Below, piece by piece: positions 35,358-45,024 of a DNA stretch of 51,550 bases. The stretch comes from a virus. Its lineage: Duplodnaviria; Caudoviricetes. Every line of letters begins with the position of its first letter. Within the stretch, counting starts at the first letter, position 1. The notes under the pieces were generated by a model that did not search any database, was not told the origin of the DNA, and saw nothing but the letters and a program-made list of their open reading frames with translations. Location: positions 1 to 51,550 of IMG/VR virus record IMGVR_UViG_3300025401_000005; one strand, given 5' to 3'. Made by a program: the position numbers and the translations under genes.

Positions 35358-36326
35358 CTAAAAATCCAAATGCATAACCATACAGGATATGTCGGCCCCG
35401 GATTTGTCGGCTTCATCAATGTCACAGAAAATGATGGAATAGCCAAACTTGTCCATAGTTGTCAACATCCACTCCATTCCTTTTCGGTAATTTGGAAACT
35501 CTGGCTGGAACATACCAGACAACATGATCTTCTTGTTGCCTGGGATTTTGACCAGGTTGGTTGCTCCTGTAGCCATGACATCCTCTGGAACCACAATGAT
35601 GTTGGCAACCTTCTCAAGACGCTTGAATGACTCACGATCCATACCTCCCTTGCACACCATGAAGTTTTCTTTATCAATCACGAAGAGTGAGCAATCAAGA
35701 TGGTAAAGGGAATCGGATGTTTCACGGATTGGGATAATCTCAACACCCGTTTTTTTCATGATCCATTCATGAGCTTTCCAATCGCTGAATTTTCCATGAC
35801 CGCCGAAATACACCCCATCTTGCCATTTCTTGAGGTCGGCTTCTCCCTCAAATGGGTGTGGGGGCTGGATCACCGTATAGCCTCGTCCTTCAAAAAACTT
35901 TTTTGCTGGAGCTTCTTCCTGTGTCCTACCATCAGCGGAAAACTTGGCGAGAACAATGAATGGGTTTAGGGCTATGCCAATGTTGGCGGTGTAGTGTTGA
36001 TCCTGGCAATCTTTCTGCGGGGGGATTTCCAACACTTGAACATCAAGTGCGGTGATTTTTCTTTTGATCCGGGTATACTGGCGCATTGCCCTTTCCGTAT
36101 CCACCTTCTCGTTTTTCATGAACACATTGTTCGGAATGCGAGTGGAAAGATACTTTGGAGGACACATCACGAATTGCGGTTTCCTTTTGTAGAGTTCTCC
36201 TGCGGTATGGTTAGGTGCAATACCAGAAGAAGAGCCTTTGATAAGGGAGGCAACAGATGAGTCACCCACAAGTACAGATGGGATAGATGATCCATTCTTG
36301 TAATCTTGCGGGGTGAATTTCGCCAT
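35358..36326 (-). CDS. Amidinotransferase / dimethylargininase-like (pentein) enzyme
   Basis: FVMCPP..NVFM, DQHYTAN, FEGEAD, YHLDC, C-terminal SGADISCM (Asp/His/Cys triad). Confidence 0.85.
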   Translation of the reverse strand: MAKFTPQDYKNGSSIPSVLVGDSSVASLIKGSSSGIAPNHTAGELYKRKPQFVMCPPKYLSTRIPNNVFMKNEKVDTERAMRQYTRIKRKITALDVQVLEIPPQKDCQDQHYTANIGIALNPFIVLAKFSADGRTQEEAPAKKFFEGRGYTVIQPPHPFEGEADLKKWQDGVYFGGHGKFSDWKAHEWIMKKTGVEIIPIRETSDSLYHLDCSLFVIDKENFMVCKGGMDRESFKRLEKVANIIVVPEDVMATGATNLVKIPGNKKIMLSGMFQPEFPNYRKGMEWMLTTMDKFGYSIIFCDIDEADKSGADISCMVMHLDF

Positions 36327-36336
36327 AAGTGTTAAA

Positions 36337-36365
36337 ATTATGCCTGTGTTTTATTAACTGGTCAA
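36337..36365 (-). promoter_or_regulatory. Sigma70-like promoter of the amidinotransferase operon
   Basis: TTGACC-17bp-CATAAT about 10 nt before the ATG (nearly leaderless). Confidence 0.55.
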
Positions 36366-36679
36366 TCTCAACGCTAAAGAAAACCGAAGGAGAAAGGAAA
36401 CACCCCCCATTACCCCCCACTCCATAGTGGTAAAGGAAAGAGTAAGGAAAAGAAACCACAACACCCCGCTATGCTGGATGCTGTTCGCTTCTTCTCATTC
36501 TCGTCGGGTAAGGAGTTTTGGTTCTCCAGAGCCGAATTATTGGATCATGTGGTACGCATTCACATCCATCCTCACTTGCTATAACGGACAAGCCCCGCCG
36601 AGTGGTGACGCACTACAGCGGGGCTTTCTTTTGTTGTGAGGAAAGTCTTGTCAGAATGCGTCACCATTCAGATGCGTGG

Positions 36680-36708
36680 ACTATCCCATGTGATCCAAAA
36701 TGTGTCAA
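36680..36708 (-). promoter_or_regulatory. Promoter driving a structured non-coding leader
   Basis: TTGACA-17bp-GATAGT. Confidence 0.5.
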
Positions 36709-36711
36709 GCG

Positions 36712-38637
36712 TCAAAAACCATCCTCATCAAAAGATTTTCCACCATATCCCCATTCATCATCCTCAAGTTTTTCTTGGGTGTTGTTTTTGGAATGGATCA
36801 ATCGGTTCTCCCAATCGCTAATTTCTTGGATGTCCAAGGATTCTGACTCTTCCTCAAACGAAAACTCTAGTCCTGTCCGGCGAAGCATCTGGACGGCATA
36901 GGTCAAAGAGTCAGCCAAATCGGGAGACTTCTTGAGTCTATGCTTCATATCTAGCTTCTTTTCTACGGCAACTTTCCTGCCTTTGTGGTAATATAGACGG
37001 CTACACAACTCGTTTACTACTTGAGAGTGCTTCTCTACATCAATACCAACCAAAGAGCGTGTAGAAAGTGCCGTATGGACGGCAAACCAATACTCTGTAA
37101 CCAACCGATCATACGCTTCTTTACAAGTTCGCTTATCCAGATTGCTGATTTTCCTTTCCGTAGGCATTCCCATTGAGGAAATAGGGAATACAAACATGGC
37201 TTCTGGATGGAACTTACTCCATTCGATGATAATTGCCCTCATCATCTTGCCGCCATCACCCGAAATATCCAATCCAAAGTCCCTTGGATGGACTCCATAT
37301 TCCAAACAATCTTTAACTAACTGCATTGCAATGCTTTCCTCAAAAACATCACCCACAGATGAGGTATATTCACGGGTTCCTAGATAAAATCCAAGGTTTC
37401 TCCCGGTATCATTTGGCCCAAATCGGCAAAATGTAGCCGCACATCTGTCTCCTCCTGCCGTAAATGCAGGATCAAAACCGCAAACTACCCGTGTTCTGTT
37501 GCTCCATACTGGTTCCCAATTAATATCACAGGCTTGGATGAACTGTTTTGAGAAGATTGTGAGTTCTACAGAAGAATCGGGCCACCATCCATAGACATTT
37601 CGCCAATATTCTAGGGCATTCTTATTGCCATAGCATCGTTTTAGGGTAGCGGCCTCTCCCTGGACGGTTAAGAAACGATCAAATGGGGGTATTTCAGCAT
37701 CTGGAACCTTGAAATTTGGACTGTCTTCTCCAGAAAGATGCAATGCAACGCCGGTACGAGTCCTCCATTTCTTTGTGTAACGGGTTACGGCATCCCATTC
37801 CATAGGATCATCGGGCTGACATAGCTCTGTATGGGGATTGTTTGCGGTAGCCGCCGGGTTTGCCATACCTCCAAAGATAAAATCGGGGTTAGCACCAAGG
37901 TTGACACGGGTATCCAATGCGTAGAGATCCATTTCAGCCAATTCGTCCAAAAACAACCGCATTCTGGCATTTTTTCTACCCCGTGTATTTTCTACAGACC
38001 GTTTTCCTTCACCGCCCTTGGGGAAAGCTAATGCTTTGATGGCATTTGTATAGTCTCGTTCCGTATCTTTGGTGTCAATTGTCTCAAAAACAATCATTCT
38101 ACGGTATTCCACAAGGTTTCCAATGGTCGATTCCGCACCGTATTTAGCCTGGATATTCCTCATTGCTGTACGGTAAAGCGTACATACTTTACCCCAAAGA
38201 CGGTCTTCCGATGCATCCAGGGAAGTTGATGCGACATATGTGGATGTACAATCCGGGGCGCAAAGCCAATCAATCACGATGCAAGCGGCAACTGAAAAGG
38301 TTTTTCCGCTACTTGCACAGCCGGCAATACCCCAATCGTTCTCATTGCAGAACAAATCAATGATGTCGATGGCGTAATTGTTGGCAATTCCTTGGGATTG
38401 GAGCAAAACATCATTGCCGTAGATCAACTGAAAGGCATTGATCATATGTTGAGCGGGGTTTTTAAGATCAGTATCCTCCAATTTGATGCCAAACTTGATT
38501 CTTTCTCTCCTGCCAAACTCTCCTCGCGTCCAACGATAAGCCGTTAACTCACGCATGAACGGAGAAACCCGGTCAAGTAAGGGAATTCCATAATTAGTAT
38601 CTTTTGGTTGCTCTAAAGAAAATCCGTTATATTCCAT
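36712..38637 (-). CDS. terL: Terminase large subunit
   Basis: Walker A GCASSGKT, Walker B LFLDE, coupling MANP, nuclease GFDPA..D and SPDLADS. Confidence 0.9.
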   Translation of the reverse strand: MEYNGFSLEQPKDTNYGIPLLDRVSPFMRELTAYRWTRGEFGRRERIKFGIKLEDTDLKNPAQHMINAFQLIYGNDVLLQSQGIANNYAIDIIDLFCNENDWGIAGCASSGKTFSVAACIVIDWLCAPDCTSTYVASTSLDASEDRLWGKVCTLYRTAMRNIQAKYGAESTIGNLVEYRRMIVFETIDTKDTERDYTNAIKALAFPKGGEGKRSVENTRGRKNARMRLFLDELAEMDLYALDTRVNLGANPDFIFGGMANPAATANNPHTELCQPDDPMEWDAVTRYTKKWRTRTGVALHLSGEDSPNFKVPDAEIPPFDRFLTVQGEAATLKRCYGNKNALEYWRNVYGWWPDSSVELTIFSKQFIQACDINWEPVWSNRTRVVCGFDPAFTAGGDRCAATFCRFGPNDTGRNLGFYLGTREYTSSVGDVFEESIAMQLVKDCLEYGVHPRDFGLDISGDGGKMMRAIIIEWSKFHPEAMFVFPISSMGMPTERKISNLDKRTCKEAYDRLVTEYWFAVHTALSTRSLVGIDVEKHSQVVNELCSRLYYHKGRKVAVEKKLDMKHRLKKSPDLADSLTYAVQMLRRTGLEFSFEEESESLDIQEISDWENRLIHSKNNTQEKLEDDEWGYGGKSFDEDGF

Positions 38638-38689
38638 GTCCAAAAGTATTGACAACTTTTAGAAACAAAGACAAGTATTTGCATCAACT

Positions 38690-39079
38690 ATGCGATTAAA
38701 AGACCGTAACGGGCCAATCCCACAAGGACTCTGGTACGAATACTCCGACGATAAAGGCAACCGCTATCGTGTAAATGGAATGGAGATGACTTATGGAAGA
38801 TCGTTCTCCCAAAAAGTTGCAAGCGACATGACAATTAACAATGTTGCTGTGCCAGATAATTTAGATTACTTGATCGAACAACAAATTTGCGGTAGGATTC
38901 CTAGCCAATACTGTTGGCAAGAAGCAGGAGACAAAGTTGCGAATGTGATACACACCTTTGCCAACCTTGGTGATCGTGTTGCGGCAAGCCTTGGGGTTCA
39001 TACAAACCTTGAGCAAGTCGCAAAAGGTTGCACCGCTTGCCAAAAGCGTAGACAAGCAATGAACCAAGTACTTGGATAA
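38690..39079 (+). CDS. Hypothetical protein upstream of portal
   Basis: 129 aa; GCTACQKRRQAMN; TAATG coupling to portal. Confidence 0.65.
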   Translation: MRLKDRNGPIPQGLWYEYSDDKGNRYRVNGMEMTYGRSFSQKVASDMTINNVAVPDNLDYLIEQQICGRIPSQYCWQEAGDKVANVIHTFANLGDRVAASLGVHTNLEQVAKGCTACQKRRQAMNQVLG

Positions 39080-41694
39080 TGGCAAAAACAAAACGCATCG
39101 TTAATCGGGAGGGAGTTTCGAGTTGGGGTTTCAATACCATCAACTCAAATGGCGTTGCTCCTACTAGCCGAGTCCAAACTGCCAATGATGCGTTTACAAT
39201 TTGTTGGAACTTGCGTCTTGATAATGCCGGTCGTGAGCGCAAGTGGGGACGCATCTACAAATGTTACAAAGGTTTCCCCCCTACCGATTATAGCCAGGTA
39301 GCGGCAAGGCAGATGCAGGGACAAAGCAATGTCCCGTTCCGTCAAATGAAGTTCATTGTGGACAATCAAAAGTCCAGCTTTGTTGACATGGTGATGGAGC
39401 GCAATACCGCCGCTACCATTACAACCAAGATTGGAAATCCTACCGAAAAGAAAATTTGGAGTGACTTGATTGGCGTTGGATTTGATCGAATGCTCCGATC
39501 TTGGTCATCTTACAACTACAATGTTGAATTGGATGTTGAGGAAATGAGCCTGTACGGAAAAGGTTTTGAGATTGCTGAAGACCGGGACGGGTGGCCTACA
39601 AAGAGTTTCCATAACTCCAATGTTCTTATTCCAGACAAGACATTTGCCGATCTTACCAACCTTGGCGAAATGTGCATCAAGCGTAGCTATACGCCGCTTG
39701 AGTTTTGGTTGAAGATTACGGGTGGAGAAGAAGATCCAGAGAAAGCACAGAAACACGCAACCGATATGGGTTGGAACTTTTGGGCTTGCGTGGATGCGCT
39801 CCGAATGTTCACCACAAACTACCGCAACACATATACCAACACCGAATGGTTAAGGGATGTGGCAAGCGGTAACATGAACCTTTCCCGATTATATACGCTC
39901 CGCATTGAGTTGTATGAGCTTTACATTATGGAGTTCAACGGAAGCATTTCCAAGATGATGCTCCTCCAGAATTACGGTGGGCTTGTCCTTGGTTACAAAG
40001 AAAATGGACGCAAGGATCTTACGGAAGAAGAGTATCGTGACCAAACTGGATTCCTTTATTACAAAAAAGATTGGGTAGAAAAGGATGAAGATGGTTGGGA
40101 AGACATTATTGCTCCCATGACTGATTCAACTGGATCTGGAATCTGGCATGAGATTCAAGGTCTTGCTGAAGCTATTTTTATCCAATGCCGAGCATACGAC
40201 ATCCATATGAACCGTTTCATGGATGCCGTTGATTGGAATACCCGTTTGATGTTCAAGGGGGGTTCTGCTGAAGCAACCAAAAAGCTCAAGCAAATGGAAT
40301 GGTCGCCAATGCTTATCTTGCCACAAGATGTTGATCCTGTTCAAGTTAATGTAAACATCCCATTCAATGAGGTTCTTTCTGGTATTCAATTCTACCAATC
40401 CGATCTCTATCGTGGAATTGGTGCTTACAACATTGGAATGGCAAATAAGGGTGGAAAGCAAAGGACAAAAGGAGAAGCACAACTTGATGCGGCTGAAAGT
40501 GCCAAACTTCAAGGCACACAGATTCGCCGCTTCAATGATAATCAAACCCGTTGGCTTAAACTCCTGTACAAACGCATGAGCCGTACCACAAAAGGTGGAT
40601 ATGGTTATAAACTCAAACAGCGTTTTGTGGAGTTCATGGATGAAAATGGAGTTCCAAAAGAAGCATGGAAGTGGGAAAACATTGAGAATCTTGAGTCCAA
40701 TATGCTTGCTGGTTCTGGTAGCCCGTCCTACAAGCTGATGGCGGCACAGCAGACTGTTTCTCTCACGGGCATGACCCCAATTAATGATGGTCAAGCCAAT
40801 GCCATTGAAGATGCTATTGCCGCACTTAATGGTCGCCAGAATGTTACCCGTTATTTCCAGCACACCAAGGTTGATATTCCAGACGAGCAAGGAATCATCT
40901 CAATGGAAAACATTGGCATGACTGATCCTAAAGGAAACGCCGCAAACTTTAGGGTGTATCCAGATCAGAACCATGTGGAACACTTTAAGGGTCACATCCA
41001 AGATGCCGCCGTATCAATGCAGGAGGCTCAAGCGGCCCTTCAAAGTGCCGGCGTTAATCCTCAAGCACCAACCAGGGGACAAGCCGCACAGGGAGTATCC
41101 GAGGAAGCTGTGGAGCTTATCAAGGACATCTACGCTTGCCTCATGCGCTTCAAGGGGCCACATCTTGTTGCTCACCTTGGATTCATCCAAAAAGATCCTA
41201 CCAAGAAGCAAATTGCTCAACAGTTTGGTCAGCAGATGCAACAGCTTCAGCGTGGAGTTGATGAGCTTGGTAGCCAGCTTGCACAGATTGAGAAAGCCAA
41301 TCAGCAACAGCAGGGCCAGGGTGGAGATCAAGATCCTCACACGATCAAGTTGCAAGCACTCGTCGCCAAAGAAGCAATCATTACCGATACATTGCAGAAA
41401 AAGGAAAACATCAAGCTGGCGGCAATGGCACAAAAAGCCCAACTCCATAATGTCAATGCAATGGAGAAGGCATCAACTGACCTCGCAACCAAGAGGGCAA
41501 AGGCCGCAAACGATATTCAGATTCACAGGGCAAAGGCTTCACACAATATGCAAGCCATGCAGGATCAACATGAACAGGAACTTGATCAGCAACAGCAGAT
41601 GAACACTCAAGACATGGCGGCACAGCAAGCCGCCATTGCACAACAAGAACAAGTAACCACGCAAAATCCCGGCATCGGGCAAGAAAATGGCTGA
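39079..41694 (+). CDS. Portal protein
   Basis: 871 aa; position before scaffold and capsid; RTKGEAQ motif; long Q-rich C-terminal coiled coil resembling the P22-type barrel. Confidence 0.75.
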   Translation: MAKTKRIVNREGVSSWGFNTINSNGVAPTSRVQTANDAFTICWNLRLDNAGRERKWGRIYKCYKGFPPTDYSQVAARQMQGQSNVPFRQMKFIVDNQKSSFVDMVMERNTAATITTKIGNPTEKKIWSDLIGVGFDRMLRSWSSYNYNVELDVEEMSLYGKGFEIAEDRDGWPTKSFHNSNVLIPDKTFADLTNLGEMCIKRSYTPLEFWLKITGGEEDPEKAQKHATDMGWNFWACVDALRMFTTNYRNTYTNTEWLRDVASGNMNLSRLYTLRIELYELYIMEFNGSISKMMLLQNYGGLVLGYKENGRKDLTEEEYRDQTGFLYYKKDWVEKDEDGWEDIIAPMTDSTGSGIWHEIQGLAEAIFIQCRAYDIHMNRFMDAVDWNTRLMFKGGSAEATKKLKQMEWSPMLILPQDVDPVQVNVNIPFNEVLSGIQFYQSDLYRGIGAYNIGMANKGGKQRTKGEAQLDAAESAKLQGTQIRRFNDNQTRWLKLLYKRMSRTTKGGYGYKLKQRFVEFMDENGVPKEAWKWENIENLESNMLAGSGSPSYKLMAAQQTVSLTGMTPINDGQANAIEDAIAALNGRQNVTRYFQHTKVDIPDEQGIISMENIGMTDPKGNAANFRVYPDQNHVEHFKGHIQDAAVSMQEAQAALQSAGVNPQAPTRGQAAQGVSEEAVELIKDIYACLMRFKGPHLVAHLGFIQKDPTKKQIAQQFGQQMQQLQRGVDELGSQLAQIEKANQQQQGQGGDQDPHTIKLQALVAKEAIITDTLQKKENIKLAAMAQKAQLHNVNAMEKASTDLATKRAKAANDIQIHRAKASHNMQAMQDQHEQELDQQQQMNTQDMAAQQAAIAQQEQVTTQNPGIGQENG

Positions 41695-41971
41695 CATTAA
41701 TGCAACAAACCTATCGGCATCTATTGTAAACGATAAAAGGTATTCGGATCTAAAGACGGCAATCTATGAGGAGTTGGTCAACAAAGACCACGCAACCGTA
41801 GTGGCTGTATTCAAGACACTCCAAGAGTGGGCAACGGAAGCAGAGGACAATAAATTTGAGAAGATTGAGAAACCTAAATCCGTTGTCTCAAGAGTAAGTA
41901 CGCATGATTTGGATCTTGATCCCGATCTTGATGACTCACTTACTGAAGAAGAACTTTCTAGTCGCAAATAA
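41687..41971 (+). CDS. Hypothetical protein
   Basis: Between portal and scaffold; overlapping start. Confidence 0.6.
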   Translation: MADINATNLSASIVNDKRYSDLKTAIYEELVNKDHATVVAVFKTLQEWATEAEDNKFEKIEKPKSVVSRVSTHDLDLDPDLDDSLTEEELSSRK

Positions 41972-41995
41972 CAACCACAAACAACCACAAAAAAT

Positions 41996-43318
41996 ATGTC
42001 TGAAGCTGTAGCTGAACCCGCATTGAATCCTAATCTTACCGCCGCATCTGCCGCTGATAAAGCCGCAAGAGATGCCGCCGTAAAGCAAGCGGATAACTTT
42101 TTTAAAGGAAAGATGAGTGAAGCCCCCAAGGGTAATCCTTCCGATCTTTTCAAAAAGATGGCAGAGAAGTTGAATCAAGATTCGTCTGCATTCCAAGAAA
42201 AAGTTGATGAGGAAAAGCAATCCAGACTTGAAGCGGAAGAAAACCGCCCGGAACCAGAAATCAAATCCTCACTTGTTGATGATGAGAAAAAGCCGGGATA
42301 TATCAAGTCCCTTAAACAGACCAATGAACAGCTTGCCAAGGAAGCCGCTGAACTCAAATCAAAGGTTGCAGAATATGAGAAATCGAAAGCTGAAATCGAG
42401 GAGCTTCGGGCAAAGATTGATGACTCCGAAACCAAGAAACAAATGGAGAAACTCCAAAAAGAATTGGAGTTGGCAGTCAAGGAAAAGCAGGAGCGTGAAG
42501 AAGCCCTCACAAACGATCTTGAGCAACTTCGCAAGGCAAATGCATTCCTTAATCTCCCTGCTGATCCTGTCTTTAAGGAAAGCTATGATGCGCCAATCCT
42601 AAACGGCTACAACCAGGTCAAGATGATCATTGGTGATGATCAGACCAGTATTACCGAATTTGAGAAAGCCGTTGCCGCATACGAAACATCACTCCGCACT
42701 CAAGATCCAAATGAACGAGTCAGACAGCGTGAGATTTCCAAACAGACTCTTAACTCCATCTACGAGAATCTGTCTCCTATGGAACAGGCTAAATTCAATA
42801 GCACAGCTTACGATGTACTTGGCAAAGTCGAGGCTCGTATCAATGCTCTCCAAAATTGGGAAGTAACCAAGGCACAGGCTGATGAGGAGAAGGCTCGTCG
42901 TGCATCCATGAGCAAGAATCAGATCCAGAAGCGTTGGCAGGATGCATTCATCCAAGCCAAACAATCGCTTGAAGATTCCGTAAAATACCCGGAAGAGATC
43001 GCCAAGATCATTGCATCACAAAGCATTGATGATGACACAACGGAAGATGAGATGATTGCTGAAGCCGCATTGCGTGAGAATAGCAATTATGCGCCAGAAC
43101 AAATTACCAGGGTGCTTCAACAGGGTGCTAAATTTAAGAAAGCCAAGGCATATAGTTTTGCTCTTGAAAAAGAAAATGCAGAACTAAAGGAAACGATTAA
43201 GAAAATGCGTGGCTCGTCTACTTCGGAGGGAAGCGTTGGGTCATCAGCTTCTGGCAAATCAAGCCAATCAGAGGATCTAACTCCTGCTGGTCTTTTTGCT
43301 AAATTTAGAAATAGATAA
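41996..43318 (+). CDS. Scaffolding protein
   Basis: E/K-rich coiled coil with a short C-terminal helix, directly upstream of the capsid gene. Confidence 0.7.
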   Translation: MSEAVAEPALNPNLTAASAADKAARDAAVKQADNFFKGKMSEAPKGNPSDLFKKMAEKLNQDSSAFQEKVDEEKQSRLEAEENRPEPEIKSSLVDDEKKPGYIKSLKQTNEQLAKEAAELKSKVAEYEKSKAEIEELRAKIDDSETKKQMEKLQKELELAVKEKQEREEALTNDLEQLRKANAFLNLPADPVFKESYDAPILNGYNQVKMIIGDDQTSITEFEKAVAAYETSLRTQDPNERVRQREISKQTLNSIYENLSPMEQAKFNSTAYDVLGKVEARINALQNWEVTKAQADEEKARRASMSKNQIQKRWQDAFIQAKQSLEDSVKYPEEIAKIIASQSIDDDTTEDEMIAEAALRENSNYAPEQITRVLQQGAKFKKAKAYSFALEKENAELKETIKKMRGSSTSEGSVGSSASGKSSQSEDLTPAGLFAKFRNR

Positions 43319-43327
43319 AAAAAGATA

Positions 43328-43592
43328 TTGACGAACGATTAGAAAACTAATAATCGTTCAAATGACATTTTAACTGGAATGGTCGGTTTTAATTACCCGC
43401 CTGTTCTTGGTGGAAGCAACGAGTCTGATAGCGTCAGACATAAATAAACAGCGGGTTGCCAAGCTAAAGAATAGTAGGGTGGTTAAAAAAGACCCGCGAT
43501 GGTTGCCAGATCGCAAACCCACAAACACTAATCATGTTTCAAGGGGGAGCGATCCTTTTTGGAACACAAACTAACCAAAACAACCTAAAATT
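43328..43592 (+). promoter_or_regulatory. Promoter and highly structured capsid-gene leader
   Basis: TTGACG overlapped by an inverted repeat GAACGATTA/TAATCGTTC; long nested helices; two GGTTGCCA loops. Confidence 0.55.
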
Positions 43593-45005
43593 ATGGCGGC
43601 TCAAAACGGCGTTACTTTTAGTTCGTGCCAAGATGTGGACACTCTGTTCCGCGAGGCTCGTACTTACTACAATCCCTTCTTCATCAAGAAGATGGCGATT
43701 AACTCAATTTACTATGGTCGTCTCGAAACCGAGACTTGGCCTCTGAATACTCTCCCGACACAGAAAGCATTCCGCTTCGGTCGTGGATGGTACAATCCCG
43801 ATCAACCATGGGAGCAAGTTCAAAGCGGTCGTTGCATCCAGAATGCAGACGATGTTCAGTTTGAGACGATTGCTCACCCCGGAACTGAATCATATAGCTT
43901 CAGCCTCTTCACCAAGGCAATGCGCACCGATTGGTATCAGCTTACTGATTTCATGTATCGTCTCTTCCCTCAAGAGGAAATGGATCACATCATGGCTACC
44001 AATGTCAACATCACCAAAAATGTCCATGAGGAGTTCGCCCGTTCCAACTGGATCGGTGGTGCTGGTCACAAGTGGGTTCCTATCTCCAACGGTCAGAGCC
44101 TTGTCTCTTGCGTTGCTGAAGATGATCAGATGTTCATCGTTCAACCTTTCGAGGGAACGAACGAGGGTTCCTTCAACATGGGCTATGTCTATGTGAAGCT
44201 CCCTGCCAGCCAGCTTGGTAACATTGGCCTTCTCTCGCTTGATACGCTTGATGACATCCTCATCAACCTTCAGCGTGAGGATGATGCTTATCGTCTGGAT
44301 GTTTCTGAAGCCGCCGGTCGCCCTCTTCTTGAGGTGATCGTTCCAGATGCCCGTGTCCTTCGTCAGCTTTGGCAGTATGCCAAGCAGAGTGGTGGATGGT
44401 GGGAGAGTGTTAGCGATTTCGATGACAAGCAACTTCAGTACTCCCTGGGTATTGATCGCGTGATCGGAAACTACGCTTTCTGCAACGACATCAACGGTGT
44501 TCGCCTTGCGGTGGATTGGGTGTACAATGCATCCCTTCCTACCTTCAATGTGAATGATCCGACCACATGGCCCCGTCTGGTGCGTGTGCTTCCATACTAC
44601 CCGGTTACGACCGAGCTTGGTTGCAAATATGTCCAAAACCCCGCTTACAACAATGCGGACTTCGGAATCACCAACCCTTGGGTTAACAAGGCAATGATCA
44701 AGTGGATCAGCCCGTCCCAGAGCGGAATCGGTGAAGCCCAGGGCATGACCCAAAACTATGCCGGTGATTGGGAGTGGAAGAACCCGGATTGGGAGTGCAA
44801 CATCAAGCGTGACCAAGGTTTCTTCTGGAACCAGTTCCGTATGGGTATGCAGTTCCAAGATCCTACACTGATGCATTCAATCCTTCACAGGTTGAACACC
44901 AGCAGGCTCATCATCCCTGCTCCTTGCACCCTGTCTCCGAGCTACGCCCCGCAATACACCCCGGATTGCTACGCTTGCTCCAGCACGGTTAGCCAGCCCA
45001 TCTAA
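43593..45005 (+). CDS. Major capsid protein
   Basis: 470 aa after the scaffold; strong C-ending codon bias suggests high expression; own promoter. Confidence 0.75.
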   Translation: MAAQNGVTFSSCQDVDTLFREARTYYNPFFIKKMAINSIYYGRLETETWPLNTLPTQKAFRFGRGWYNPDQPWEQVQSGRCIQNADDVQFETIAHPGTESYSFSLFTKAMRTDWYQLTDFMYRLFPQEEMDHIMATNVNITKNVHEEFARSNWIGGAGHKWVPISNGQSLVSCVAEDDQMFIVQPFEGTNEGSFNMGYVYVKLPASQLGNIGLLSLDTLDDILINLQREDDAYRLDVSEAAGRPLLEVIVPDARVLRQLWQYAKQSGGWWESVSDFDDKQLQYSLGIDRVIGNYAFCNDINGVRLAVDWVYNASLPTFNVNDPTTWPRLVRVLPYYPVTTELGCKYVQNPAYNNADFGITNPWVNKAMIKWISPSQSGIGEAQGMTQNYAGDWEWKNPDWECNIKRDQGFFWNQFRMGMQFQDPTLMHSILHRLNTSRLIIPAPCTLSPSYAPQYTPDCYACSSTVSQPI

Positions 45006-45024
45006 TCAAATACGGTAACATCCT

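Noticed and set aside
43890-44876. Long antisense ORFs (43890-44876, 40126-40890, 24599-25228 and others)
   Set aside because: They are shadows of codon-biased genes on the opposite strand, with no recognisable motifs.
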